Positions 1 through 9,910 of a DNA stretch of 64,000 nt are shown here, piece after piece. The notes beneath the pieces are model-generated. The model was not told where the DNA came from. It saw only the letters and a program-made list of their open reading frames with translations, and made no database searches. A program made the translations under genes and the position numbers. Position 1 is the first letter of the stretch; every line of letters starts with the position of its first letter. The stretch covers positions 32,001 through 96,000 of IMG/VR virus record IMGVR_UViG_3300014204_000128. One strand, 5' to 3'. The DNA is from a virus (Duplodnaviria; Caudoviricetes).

Positions 1-1575
1 GTAAGTAGAAATAGTTACCAGAATAAATCAACACTTGTTTTGAAAGTATATGGTGACATAAATCTGAAATATGAAATAGACACTGATGTTCATATTAGTC
101 CAGGATATCAACACATTGTCCTTATGGGGGAGGATGTCGGAAATGGATTCTCATACAATATACAGAAGGGAACCAGGGTCTCAGGGTTATTCATATACAG
201 GGGAATACTGACAAAGGATGACGAATTGAAATATTGGAACAAGGGGGTGCCTGTTTCAGGTACTCAGTTGTTTTGTAAACTAGATGAGGCAAACGGGTAT
301 ACTGTTTTCGATAGTTCAGGCAATGGTACCAATGGAACTATTCAGGGAAACCCAATATGGGTTAGTGACTCTAATTTTCATAGTTGGCAAAACATGTTTG
401 GGTACACGGTTTTAGGAAGTATACGGAAACCAGTTATCATGTGTAATCCAGATATTGACATAGAAAACAACAAGCCTACATATAGTGGAAGATGTAGGTT
501 ACACACTGCTATACAGAACATACAGTCACTTAAAGCAGATGGTTCAATATGGGGAAGATCAAATCCTCAGAACTTGAATGTGCGCCCTGGGCAGGATACT
601 TTTACTGTATTATTAATCGTAGAGAAGACGGGTGAACAAGAAGGTTACGTGATGTGCATTGGTGACAGGGTAACAGTTAGGTATTTCGGGGGTCAATTAC
701 TAATTAGTATAGGTGGGAATGAGAGCACTTTACAAATACAAAATGGTATAAATGCAATTGAATTATCTGTTGAACAACAGAGATGTGAAATATACGTCAA
801 CGGGGTACATGATACCTACAAACAGGTTTCTCCATATTACACAACAGGTATAAACTTTGACATACTAGCAAAGGGGGGTAATGAAATACTCAATGAAGGT
901 AGTATAGTATACATAGCACTACTTGAAGGATTATTTAGTGAAGAAGAAAGGTCATACTGGAATAAAAACGGGTACACATCTAAGAAGACAATCATTGATT
1001 ACTACATGTACTCACGTACTGACGTGATATTCGACCTGTCTGGCAATCTTAACCACATTGGTTTATTCGATGTTGGTGAATTCAGTTGGTCGGGTAAGCA
1101 ATCAAAATGTCCTAGGTTACTAAATGGGTTTACTGAAATATACCCATCAAGAAAAGACATGTTAGTTCCTGTAGTGGTTCCATATGATTGTAATGGTAAG
1201 AAGATATACCACAACGAGTACGGGGAACATCAAGTAGAAGTAGAATACAAGGGAACAGGGGGCATATTAATATTCGATGCTTACATAAACATGAACCCAG
1301 ATAAACTAGAACTAGGTTTCTGGTCAACATTCTGGAATAAATCAAATTCAAATATATGGTCTACTCTATCAGGTCAGTTTAGACAGGATGACCCATACAT
1401 GTGGAATTTGCAAGAATTGACTATGGACTACCTGATACGTTCTATGACTGAAGAACATTATAACATGGTTTTCTCGGGATCTCAGGAAGGAGCGTATGGT
1501 CTAACTATTGAACTTGTGGACCTGGTGTTGCTTAATCTTGGTAATAACATGACATATAAACCAATACCACTATGA
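1..1575 (+). CDS. Tail/baseplate-associated protein with LamG/concanavalin-like domains (5' partial)
   Basis: Frame is open from base 1. Contains LamG-type signatures (KLDEANGYTVFDSSGNGTNGT; EIYVNG; DLSGNLNH) and sits directly upstream of the tail fibre gene. Confidence 0.6.
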   Translation, partial: VSRNSYQNKSTLVLKVYGDINLKYEIDTDVHISPGYQHIVLMGEDVGNGFSYNIQKGTRVSGLFIYRGILTKDDELKYWNKGVPVSGTQLFCKLDEANGYTVFDSSGNGTNGTIQGNPIWVSDSNFHSWQNMFGYTVLGSIRKPVIMCNPDIDIENNKPTYSGRCRLHTAIQNIQSLKADGSIWGRSNPQNLNVRPGQDTFTVLLIVEKTGEQEGYVMCIGDRVTVRYFGGQLLISIGGNESTLQIQNGINAIELSVEQQRCEIYVNGVHDTYKQVSPYYTTGINFDILAKGGNEILNEGSIVYIALLEGLFSEEERSYWNKNGYTSKKTIIDYYMYSRTDVIFDLSGNLNHIGLFDVGEFSWSGKQSKCPRLLNGFTEIYPSRKDMLVPVVVPYDCNGKKIYHNEYGEHQVEVEYKGTGGILIFDAYINMNPDKLELGFWSTFWNKSNSNIWSTLSGQFRQDDPYMWNLQELTMDYLIRSMTEEHYNMVFSGSQEGAYGLTIELVDLVLLNLGNNMTYKPIPL

Positions 1576-3284
1576 TATTATTATTAAAAAATACACCTAG
1601 GGCAAATCAATTCGCACCTAGGGTTGACGGTAAAAGCTTGGTATTAAAAAATCCATTGGTAGTTGGTGAGGCACAGGAAGCCAAGATTAATGATGCTAGT
1701 CTAACTAATGGGGAAGTAGTTGTATGGGATGGCACAAACTCAGTGTTAAAATCAACAGGGGTAAGTGATACAGAACTACAGGTATTAAACAACGCATTAA
1801 TTGGGTCGGCTGTAGCATCTAAGGCTGTAGTGCTTAGTGAAAACAAAGATCATTCTGGTATTCGCAATTTGAGTATAACAGGAAACAATACAGTTGAGGG
1901 TATACTTACAGTAGTCGGCTCTGGTGAATTCAGTAGTTCTATAAAGGTCATTGGATTGACTGAATTGATGGGGGACATATCAACCCAGGGTTCATTTAGA
2001 AACACGTCTATAAAATTGGTTGATTCATTCATATCATCTAAGATAAGAACATCAACAAGACTGGTATTTGCAAGAAATCAAGATACGCTTGAATTTGGAA
2101 ACTCAGTAGATGCTATTACTTTGATAACAGGTTCTGTACTAAAAAGAAAAACTGGGGGTGCGGAATACAAGATATGGGACGAACTAAGTGATGGTACAGG
2201 ATCAGGACTCGACGCTGATTTGCTTGATGGTGTTCATTCAACATCATTTCTGCGTTCAGATACAGATGCTGAAATGGGTGGTAATCTTGTGATGAAAGGA
2301 AAGTACATTTCGTACAAGACAGCAGTAGGGGATGAGAAATTCAGGTTACGGTTAACAGGCACTGATTTTAATGTGTATGATGTGGTTAATGCTAAAACTA
2401 GTTTTTCAGTGTATAACGATAAGGCATACGTTAATGGGTCTCAGGTTTTAACAGCAGCGAATTATGGTGCTTTGAATGCTGACACATTAGATACCCTACA
2501 CGCATCACAATTACTAAGAAGTGATGTAGACTCAACACTTAGTGGTAAGGTGACATCAGTATTACCAAAAAACGGTTTGTACTTCTATGACGGAACAGGG
2601 TTTGCAAAAGTGGTGTTCCAAAAATACGGGTCTGACTTTACAGGTATTGGTGTAGACAGTGTTGGTAATATGAGACTAGGGGCATGCGATTATGACGGGA
2701 CATGGAGATCATACAACCCAGCATACAATTTATACTATGGACAGCATAAAGTAATGCACATGGGAAATATGGGAGAAAGCTCAGGTTTCTCATGCGACAT
2801 GGTTGATGGGTATCACGCTTCCTCACTCTTAAGCTTTGCGAATCACACAAGGGGGATCGTCAGGGCTGAGAATGAATCTACAGGAAAACCCAAGATTATA
2901 AATTTAGCAAAAAATGGAAGATGCACTTCTTATACTTTGAATGTAAATATAGCTAACACGAACAACACGGGAGGTGTTGCTTACCTTAATTTCTTAGAAG
3001 GTATGGAAGATGTCATATCTGGACATTCTAATTGCTTATCAGCTATAGGAACGGTTAAAATAGGGTATGCCGGAAACGGTTCATCATCAGCTGCATTTAA
3101 TATTAATATAAGATGGGATAACAATGGAACGGACACTCGATGGTCATGGGTAGAAGGTTTACCTGCTGGAAAATCAGTAGGATTTTATATAAGTCCACAG
3201 GGGTACGTGATGATACAGACGACAGGTGGTATAATTGACTTGGCCATGGCATTTACGTATAGTTCTGTTGAACAATCTTGGTAA
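1572..3284 (+). CDS. Tail fibre protein
   Basis: Three fibre-type repeats (LDADLLDGVHSTSFLRSD, LNADTLDTLHASQLLRSD, SCDMVDGYHASSLL); Gly/Ser/Thr-rich beta character. Confidence 0.75.
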   Translation: MILLLKNTPRANQFAPRVDGKSLVLKNPLVVGEAQEAKINDASLTNGEVVVWDGTNSVLKSTGVSDTELQVLNNALIGSAVASKAVVLSENKDHSGIRNLSITGNNTVEGILTVVGSGEFSSSIKVIGLTELMGDISTQGSFRNTSIKLVDSFISSKIRTSTRLVFARNQDTLEFGNSVDAITLITGSVLKRKTGGAEYKIWDELSDGTGSGLDADLLDGVHSTSFLRSDTDAEMGGNLVMKGKYISYKTAVGDEKFRLRLTGTDFNVYDVVNAKTSFSVYNDKAYVNGSQVLTAANYGALNADTLDTLHASQLLRSDVDSTLSGKVTSVLPKNGLYFYDGTGFAKVVFQKYGSDFTGIGVDSVGNMRLGACDYDGTWRSYNPAYNLYYGQHKVMHMGNMGESSGFSCDMVDGYHASSLLSFANHTRGIVRAENESTGKPKIINLAKNGRCTSYTLNVNIANTNNTGGVAYLNFLEGMEDVISGHSNCLSAIGTVKIGYAGNGSSSAAFNINIRWDNNGTDTRWSWVEGLPAGKSVGFYISPQGYVMIQTTGGIIDLAMAFTYSSVEQSW

Positions 3285-3302
3285 TAATTTAAAGTCATAG
3301 TT

Positions 3303-3518
3303 ATGGATATTAAAGACGAAGCAAAAATTACAGCGTTGGAAAATGAATACAAATCTCAGTTGACTAGTTTTGTGGGTGAGATAGACACTATCGAAATGCA
3401 AATAAGTAATTTGCAGTCTAAATTAGAAGCGTTGAAAGGTAATAAAGAACGGCTACTCGGGGCTATCGGGGCTATTTCTGAAATGAAACAAAAACTAGCA
3501 TTATCAGTAAAAGACTAA
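3303..3518 (+). CDS. Small coiled-coil protein
   Basis: 71-aa heptad-rich ORF following the fibre gene. Confidence 0.6.
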   Translation: MDIKDEAKITALENEYKSQLTSFVGEIDTIEMQISNLQSKLEALKGNKERLLGAIGAISEMKQKLALSVKD

Positions 3519-3535
3519 TGACTCAAAAAGATGCA

Positions 3536-3581
3536 AAATCCCGTGAAAGATAACGTATAAGTTATTTTATTCACGGGATTT
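3536..3581 (+). terminator. Long hairpin (terminator-like) with CGTATAA at the loop
   Basis: Outer stem AAATCCCGTGAA/TTCACGGGATTT, inner stem AGATAAC/GTTATTT, loop GTATAA, followed by a T-rich tract. Confidence 0.6.
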
Positions 3582-3595
3582 AATTTTTAAAGTAT

Positions 3596-4804
3596 ATGAG
3601 ATCTGAAAAGACATTGCCAAAGCTGGAAGAAGAAGTTAAGAGTCTAGGATTGTATGTAAAACCAACAGGAAAGAATGGTAAGTTCATGAAGAGAGATTAC
3701 GTCATGGCACTGATGCAACACCATATCCTAATGTTATATGGATCCATTGATAAAGTTCCAATTAATCTTAAATTTAGACTATCATTTGAATCACCCCAGT
3801 TGGCGTACAACTATTTTGATCTAAAACCAAAAGAACAAGAAAACATATGGGTGTCTGAAAATGTCTGGCTGGTAGAAAAAATACAGGGCATACGTGGGAC
3901 ACTCATCCAATCAATAAGAGAAGGATGGTCATGTTATTCCAGGGATATAAATGAGAAGACTTATATATGGGACAATTACTCTGAAAGGGTTCTGGACCAC
4001 AGTATAGGTAAACTAGACAAGAACATCGTTGTAGATGTCGAATTACAGTTGGCAAACAAGAATGTAAAGCCACTACTGAAAGAAATGAACTTCGAGATTG
4101 AAACAGATTTCCAGTGCATCTCAGCACTGATGATGATCGATAGTGACAAGTTCAACGTAATAGCGAAGCAGTGCCCGAATTTATTCCTATACAAGTTAAT
4201 CGACGTTTATTTCTACGAGACAGACGTAAGGAAGAAAGCATACAAGGAAAGAGAAGAACTGTTTGATAAAATAGTCACTGAATTGAAAAGTGTTGGCGTT
4301 CTTATTGAAAGACCGCTGTATTGTAAAGATCCATTAACAAAGAAAGCATTCCACGAGGGGTTGATAAAACAAGGTGCTGAAGGAACAATAGCAGTGTTTA
4401 TTGATAAACCATGTATACTCGACGGTACTCGGGGAAGAGATGAAATGATAAAGATAAAAAAATCATTGTTCTCTTTAATGTTCGAAAAAAATGCATTGAC
4501 AGACACTGTTGATGGGTGGGTCTCCAAGGTTATAAATTCAGACGAACTGACGGGTCTAGTAAGAACTATAGAAGTAAGTGCATTGGATAATAAAGGCGCT
4601 GTTGTGGTAATAGCAGTGACAGACGCGATACCTTTATCATGTCGGTTATTCTCTCAAACGGGGGACAGTACACCTAGGAACATATCAGAGGGTGATGTCA
4701 TTGAGTTATCAGGTTCAGTATGGAAAGAAGGTCTGATACAGGATGCAACAGTAGAGAGAATAAGGTGGGATAAAATGCCACATGCATGTACTCTTAACGG
4801 TTAA
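3596..4804 (+). CDS. Divergent ATP-dependent ligase-like nucleotidyltransferase
   Basis: Motif I variant EKIQGIR, IVVDVEL, LIDVY, GAEGTIA and IKIK; C-terminal OB-fold-like end (RIRWDK). Confidence 0.65.
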   Translation: MRSEKTLPKLEEEVKSLGLYVKPTGKNGKFMKRDYVMALMQHHILMLYGSIDKVPINLKFRLSFESPQLAYNYFDLKPKEQENIWVSENVWLVEKIQGIRGTLIQSIREGWSCYSRDINEKTYIWDNYSERVLDHSIGKLDKNIVVDVELQLANKNVKPLLKEMNFEIETDFQCISALMMIDSDKFNVIAKQCPNLFLYKLIDVYFYETDVRKKAYKEREELFDKIVTELKSVGVLIERPLYCKDPLTKKAFHEGLIKQGAEGTIAVFIDKPCILDGTRGRDEMIKIKKSLFSLMFEKNALTDTVDGWVSKVINSDELTGLVRTIEVSALDNKGAVVVIAVTDAIPLSCRLFSQTGDSTPRNISEGDVIELSGSVWKEGLIQDATVERIRWDKMPHACTLNG

Positions 4805-4920
4805 AAATATTTTTTAAAAAATATATAAAAACATTTGGATTTACTCATTTTTTAGTATAATATTGTAAAAGTGTATCCAACCTGGAACACTTAGTAGTAT
4901 ACATTTTTAAATCTAAAGAC

Positions 4921-6012
4921 ATGGTAGTGACTAGTACTTCTGTTACGGAGCAGAATGAATCAGTGGCAAAGGGTTTTTCCCTAAATGATCTAAAGAAAGT
5001 TGAAAACGAGGTGAGGAGAGCAGTCTCGCAGTTACGTTTCAGGTATAATCCTAATACTAGGATGCCAGAAAGTGATGTAGCATGGGACTGCTTTACAACT
5101 TTATACATGAGGGGTTTCTTCCACAAGTATGATGGTACTAAGTCGAAGACAATAACATACTTATGGAATGGTGTAAGAAACTATCTAATCGACCAAGAAA
5201 GAAGTGCATTAAATAAGATGCAACCTGTATCAATGAATACAATGGTCGGTAAAACTAAGACAATATGTCTGGGTGACTTTATAGACAACTCAATATCTGA
5301 AAGTGCCATAGGTATAGAATCATACCTAGAGGTTCTGGACATACTGAAGAATACTATGAAGAATAACACCAAGTACCAGGCAGTTACTAAAGAACTGGGT
5401 AAGGTTTGTCTAAGTGGTTACACAGTCATGTACCTGGTTGTCTCAGGTTACAAGATTCATGAAGTCGCAAAGATGTTCGGGGTATCCAAGGCAATGATTT
5501 CTTTATTATACACGGAAGCACTAGGAATATTAAAAGAGAATGCTGAAGATCTGGATATTAGTACTGATATATTATCCTGGACTAATAAGATGGAGACTAT
5601 CAGGAATTCAGGAAGTGCCCCAACGTGCCCACATTGCGGGGGTCACAGGACTAAATACTGGTGTACAAGTACAGAAGGGACATATGTTAAATTGTACACA
5701 TGTAAGGACTGTACACGTAGCTTTAATATCTTTACTAAAACACCATTACACTGGATGAAAACTAGTGTAAGGCAGCAGTTTATAGCATTTTGTACTGACT
5801 ACACTAACGGCAAAATACTCTCAGATTGCGCAGCAACTGCTGGTGTGGGTTTCAAGAAAGCAACTACATGGTTATCTCAATACAAGGATTACTTCTATAT
5901 TGATTCAAAAAGGATAATATTGAAGAAACTAAACATGTGGGAAGAAGAAATACGGGACTCAATAGAACGAAAGGAAAATGAAAGTATTAAAGATAGGGTA
6001 CAAGCAGATTGA
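4921..6012 (+). CDS. Sigma-70-like factor fused to an IS1595-like zinc ribbon/HTH
   Basis: Region-2-like KYDGTKSKTITYLWNGVRNYLID; region-4 HTH GYKIHEVAKMFGVSKAMIS; then CPHCG...YTCKDCTRSFNIFTKTPLH. Confidence 0.65.
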   Translation: MVVTSTSVTEQNESVAKGFSLNDLKKVENEVRRAVSQLRFRYNPNTRMPESDVAWDCFTTLYMRGFFHKYDGTKSKTITYLWNGVRNYLIDQERSALNKMQPVSMNTMVGKTKTICLGDFIDNSISESAIGIESYLEVLDILKNTMKNNTKYQAVTKELGKVCLSGYTVMYLVVSGYKIHEVAKMFGVSKAMISLLYTEALGILKENAEDLDISTDILSWTNKMETIRNSGSAPTCPHCGGHRTKYWCTSTEGTYVKLYTCKDCTRSFNIFTKTPLHWMKTSVRQQFIAFCTDYTNGKILSDCAATAGVGFKKATTWLSQYKDYFYIDSKRIILKKLNMWEEEIRDSIERKENESIKDRVQAD

Positions 6013-6424
6013 AGGTTTAACCCTTTTGAAAAATATAAATGATGTTCGTAACTACGTTGATAACTATGCAAAATCTACAATAAGGGAAGATGCAATCGGT
6101 GATGTCTCCGGGTTATGTATCGAAGCTCAGTCTACACTGCTGAAGTTCATAGAGGAGACGGAAACTAGTATCACGGTGTACGCAAGCAGGGACAATGTAA
6201 GTCCCGTGTTGATGAGCAGGTTTGACAAGATTGAAAAGACGGACGATATAAAACTTGGTTACGGGTTATTCAGTAATTACATAGAAGAACAACAGGGTAA
6301 GGAAACAAAAGATGCAAGTTCCGAAAGAGAGTTCGCTTCTATATGCTGCGAAAAACTTAAATCATTTCTATTATATAGAAAGTTGAATACAAGCATCATA
6401 GCAAGAGTTGGTAATTATATTTAA
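5978..6424 (+). CDS. Hypothetical protein
   Basis: 148-aa ORF in the operon. Confidence 0.6.
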   Translation: MKVLKIGYKQIEGLTLLKNINDVRNYVDNYAKSTIREDAIGDVSGLCIEAQSTLLKFIEETETSITVYASRDNVSPVLMSRFDKIEKTDDIKLGYGLFSNYIEEQQGKETKDASSEREFASICCEKLKSFLLYRKLNTSIIARVGNYI

Positions 6425-6440
6425 AAATAACTATTATAAA

Positions 6441-6477
6441 ACGTAACATTATGTATTAATATAACGTTATACAAGTA
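6441..6477 (+). promoter_or_regulatory. Degenerate copy of the repeated early-promoter module
   Basis: CGTAACATT-N-TAACGTTA-CAAGTA with the same spacing as the copies at 10985, 12047 and 20064. Confidence 0.45.
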
Positions 6478-6505
6478 AATTTAACACACATAAACTTAGA
6501 CTAAA

Positions 6506-7213
6506 ATGAAAACACTACAATTGTTGATCGTACTGGCATCTGTAATCGGAATGATACTCACAGGATGCAAGAAGACTGAACTGGAAGGAATCCAGAAAAA
6601 AGACGATACTGTTGGAATAAAAGACACGGTTAATCTAAACCAGAAACTACGCGTTACTGACACGCCCGTCGTTACTGATACGCTGGTAGTCACTAAAGAC
6701 AGTATTATTATAGTAGGGGATACTATAAAGAAAGACACTGTTACAGTTGAACCTGTCGACTCAAATGCTTTAGAACTAAAGAAGTGGTTTAGTCATAACA
6801 TTCCAACAGAGTACTACTATATAAGGAAATACCAGTATAAAAATGGTATGCGTACATTCGAGTATTTATATATATCTGAATCTACGATAAAATACACTAG
6901 AGATGTTGTAGACACGGTAGATAACTCTGTAATAAGTACAAGTACAGAAAACTATCTAATAGACAGTACACGAAAAATAAAAGCGAACAGGTGGGCATGG
7001 AGGGCAAATTGCTCCAGGGTAAGTACGGGAGAAAGGTTAAATAAATGGTTCGTGCTAATGTATTATGATGCCCTAACATGTGCTATACCAAATGACGTTG
7101 AAATTGATGACGATATACTGGTTAGGTTGCACAGGAGTGATTATCCTATATACTATAAAATATCTTACAGGGAAGTAGATTTCAACTGGGTAAAAGTTGT
7201 ATACGAAAAATAA
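6506..7213 (+). CDS. Lipoprotein
   Basis: Signal peptide with lipobox ILTG-C followed by KKTE; Thr/Asp/Val-rich linker. Confidence 0.7.
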   Translation: MKTLQLLIVLASVIGMILTGCKKTELEGIQKKDDTVGIKDTVNLNQKLRVTDTPVVTDTLVVTKDSIIIVGDTIKKDTVTVEPVDSNALELKKWFSHNIPTEYYYIRKYQYKNGMRTFEYLYISESTIKYTRDVVDTVDNSVISTSTENYLIDSTRKIKANRWAWRANCSRVSTGERLNKWFVLMYYDALTCAIPNDVEIDDDILVRLHRSDYPIYYKISYREVDFNWVKVVYEK

Positions 7214-7270
7214 GGAACATTGGACGATATCATAATATACTGCGAATTATTATCTACTCTCATTGTTTTC

Positions 7271-7299
7271 AAAACCCTCACTTAACGGTGGGGGTTTTT
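7271..7299 (+). terminator. Intrinsic terminator
   Basis: Stem AAAACCCTCAC/GTGGGGGTTTT plus T run. Confidence 0.75.
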
Positions 7300-7305
7300 C
7301 GTATA

Positions 7306-7467
7306 ATGAATAAAAGGCATGGACAAGTATATAAAAAGGAACTGGATAAGATAACTAAGGTTCAACAGACGCAGGCTAGTTTGGTAAAGCAGTTAGAAAT
7401 ACTAAGGGTTTTCGCTAATAAACTTGGTTTATATGATGCGGCTGACTATATAAAGACATACAAATGA
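7306..7467 (+). CDS. Small hypothetical protein (53 aa, not in ORF track)
   Basis: ATG..TGA, MNKRHGQ...NKLGLYDAADYIKTYK; overlaps the next start in an ATGA junction. Confidence 0.55.
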   Translation: MNKRHGQVYKKELDKITKVQQTQASLVKQLEILRVFANKLGLYDAADYIKTYK

Positions 7468-8114
7468 AATTGATAGTTAATACTGAATACCAAGACATCG
7501 TTAGGTATCTCTTCTCAGGGTACAGGTTGGAAAAGGAATTCCCTATTCGTGATAATTTTTTTATAGTGAAGAATATAAGCCACAAGGAGAACATGTTGCT
7601 AGACAGGTTCAATAACTACGTTATAGTATCCAAGAACTTCTTTACCGAAGTCTGGGGTAAGGAAGAAATATTCCAGTACTTGATAGATAATAAGAGAACA
7701 CGTAAGAAAACAGTCCCACAGTTTGACGGTATGTCTGATGCCGAATTTGAAAAATACATTAAAATAATGTACCTGACGGGTACATGGGCATATGATGATA
7801 GCACGGAAGGATTGCTAGAACTATTCAAGAACATAGACTCAGGTGCAAGATACAAGGAATACTTTACATTACTCAGTACAGGAATGGATCCCATGTATAT
7901 TTTCTATGGCATACTGACAATGATAAAGAAATCACTGGGGTACATGGAACTTACAAATGTTAACAACAACTTCTTTATACTATTGAAGAACAAGAATACG
8001 GTTTTATCCAGAAATATTGTAAAGTCATTAGAAAGATGGGCACAGTGGGATAAGAATGTAGATGATGACATGAAAGTACTAAGGTTTATTAAAGATATAG
8101 GAGATAGGGCATGA
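7464..8114 (+). CDS. Hypothetical protein (possibly clamp-loader accessory)
   Basis: 216-aa ORF, helical C-terminal part; function not recognisable. Confidence 0.5.
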   Translation: MKLIVNTEYQDIVRYLFSGYRLEKEFPIRDNFFIVKNISHKENMLLDRFNNYVIVSKNFFTEVWGKEEIFQYLIDNKRTRKKTVPQFDGMSDAEFEKYIKIMYLTGTWAYDDSTEGLLELFKNIDSGARYKEYFTLLSTGMDPMYIFYGILTMIKKSLGYMELTNVNNNFFILLKNKNTVLSRNIVKSLERWAQWDKNVDDDMKVLRFIKDIGDRA

Positions 8115-8914
8115 AACTATTAAACAGTTTCTTCAAGAAGAAGGAAGTTGTGAACAGGTGGGGAGTAGCATTCCCACTATCACAGATATATGATAACCAC
8201 CACAGGATAAATAACATACTGGCTAATCTATACGTAGATATAGAAGACTTGGATGATGACGCATTCAATGAAATATACAAAAGGTTCTCAAAGAAGTACA
8301 GTCTGTTTATTAAATTACCAAAGTGGGTAAACGCATACAATACCGATAATGCATTATTTATAGAAACAATGCAAAAGGTAAAAGGTCTAGTAGGTAACTA
8401 TCCAGAAATAAAAGGAGTAGTGCTAGAACTCAGAATGTATTATGGTAATGAAAGTGAATGCTTGTATTCATTGAAAAATGTTTTGGTGAAAAGGCTGGCA
8501 ACTACACTGGTAAGAGAAGGTAAAAGTTTGTTCCTGGTAAATGGTGAAGTACCTAACGGGGCATCTAATGCGTTCTCACTTTCTAACATGATTAGTATAA
8601 AGAAGGATATCCCTGATGTCAAACTGGGGTTAAACTTGCAGAATGCGTACTGGACGGGTAACAGGGTACTTGACGTTTTCATAAAAGAAAACACGCTGGC
8701 TGGTTTTCCTGTTAACTTCGACATGGTTATACTCGGTGGTGTCAACGATAAGCTTGGTAATGTTGCTTTCGCATCCGAAGAAGACAAGTACACTATAGAA
8801 CAGTATACCAGTGTTCTTAAACAGTTCAAGAAAGCATTATTCATATATGACTGTGCTATAGAAGAAGTGTTAACGGTGCATGATATAATTAAGAAGGTAG
8901 ATGGAACAAGTTAA
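8111..8914 (+). CDS. Hypothetical protein, possible degenerate TIM-barrel (endonuclease IV-like)
   Basis: Alternating beta/alpha pattern; VKLGLNLQNAYWTG resembles the GxxxDxxH segment but without the metal ligands. Confidence 0.35.
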   Translation: MKLLNSFFKKKEVVNRWGVAFPLSQIYDNHHRINNILANLYVDIEDLDDDAFNEIYKRFSKKYSLFIKLPKWVNAYNTDNALFIETMQKVKGLVGNYPEIKGVVLELRMYYGNESECLYSLKNVLVKRLATTLVREGKSLFLVNGEVPNGASNAFSLSNMISIKKDIPDVKLGLNLQNAYWTGNRVLDVFIKENTLAGFPVNFDMVILGGVNDKLGNVAFASEEDKYTIEQYTSVLKQFKKALFIYDCAIEEVLTVHDIIKKVDGTS

Positions 8915-9398
8915 TTTTGATTTCGGCAGGGTCGTGGATAGATACACGTATTTACTTGCTCAATTACACGTTAAGATAAATGGTGGTGTTTACACGATAC
9001 TAAACTCGAATGAAAAGATAACGTACCACGGGTTGAATTACGCTAATGAGATTAGAAAACTACTAGCTGAATCTGTAGATCCTAAGTTGTCATACGTGGC
9101 ATTAAGGGACGCTGACAGGTACATAACGGATATACAGGAGATACGCCTAGATTGTATGTTGATGAGGTCTGAACTAAAATCTGTAGTAAACAGACCTGAA
9201 CTGACTAAGAATCCAGCAATATCAGGATACTACAAGGCTTTAAAACTGGCATTAGACACTGTATGTGATTACTTAGAGGTGTGTGATAAGCAATATTCAT
9301 ACATGACCGAGATACTATTTGGTGTCTCCCAGGTAAACGTGTCTATCAATAGGAGGTTTTTCGGGGGTTCAGACATGATGTATGATTACAAGAACTAA
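8901..9398 (+). CDS. Hypothetical protein
   Basis: 165-aa helical ORF. Confidence 0.55.
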   Translation: MEQVNFDFGRVVDRYTYLLAQLHVKINGGVYTILNSNEKITYHGLNYANEIRKLLAESVDPKLSYVALRDADRYITDIQEIRLDCMLMRSELKSVVNRPELTKNPAISGYYKALKLALDTVCDYLEVCDKQYSYMTEILFGVSQVNVSINRRFFGGSDMMYDYKN

Positions 9399-9876
9399 AT
9401 TTGACTACATGATAAATAGATTCACATTAATGGGATACGTAGGGAATGAACCCCAAGTATCAGTTGTGACAGGAGGACTACAACGAAGTGTTTTCTCAGT
9501 GGCAACAAGGGAAACATACATAAAGAAAGATGGGTCTCCACACGAAGAGACATCGTGGCATGATTGCGTGGCATGGGGTAAGGTCTCGGAAAACGTGGAG
9601 AAATTCGTGACAAAAGGCACACTAGTATTCATAGAGGGTTCCATAAGTTACTGGGAAGCAGAAAAAGACGGGGTGAAGATAAAAAGAGCAAGTGTCAAAG
9701 TAAACACATTCACGGTTGTAAAAAGTATGAAAGAAACAGGACAAAAACAAATAAGTGTTCCCACTGTATCACAACAAAAACAAGTAGACAACTCATTAGC
9801 TCTACCTAGTTTTGAAAACAATGGTGTGGTGACTACAAGGGTAAGCCCAGGTGAAGATATCGACTTACCATTTTAA
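9382..9876 (+). CDS. ssb: Single-stranded DNA-binding protein (bacterial type)
   Basis: INRFTLMGYVGNEP, FSVAT, ETSWHDCVAWG, KGTLVFIEG; C-terminal DIDLPF. True start is likely 9409. Confidence 0.9.
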   Translation: MITRTKFDYMINRFTLMGYVGNEPQVSVVTGGLQRSVFSVATRETYIKKDGSPHEETSWHDCVAWGKVSENVEKFVTKGTLVFIEGSISYWEAEKDGVKIKRASVKVNTFTVVKSMKETGQKQISVPTVSQQKQVDNSLALPSFENNGVVTTRVSPGEDIDLPF

Positions 9877-9910
9877 CGTATAACAATAAAACAATTAATT
9901 TTTTTGACAT

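Noticed and set aside
1572-3284. Diversity-generating retroelement or invertible tail-fibre cassette
   Set aside because: No template repeat, reverse transcriptase or invertase was found in this window.
5610-6012. Intact IS1595 element
   Set aside because: No DDE catalytic domain or terminal inverted repeats were seen.
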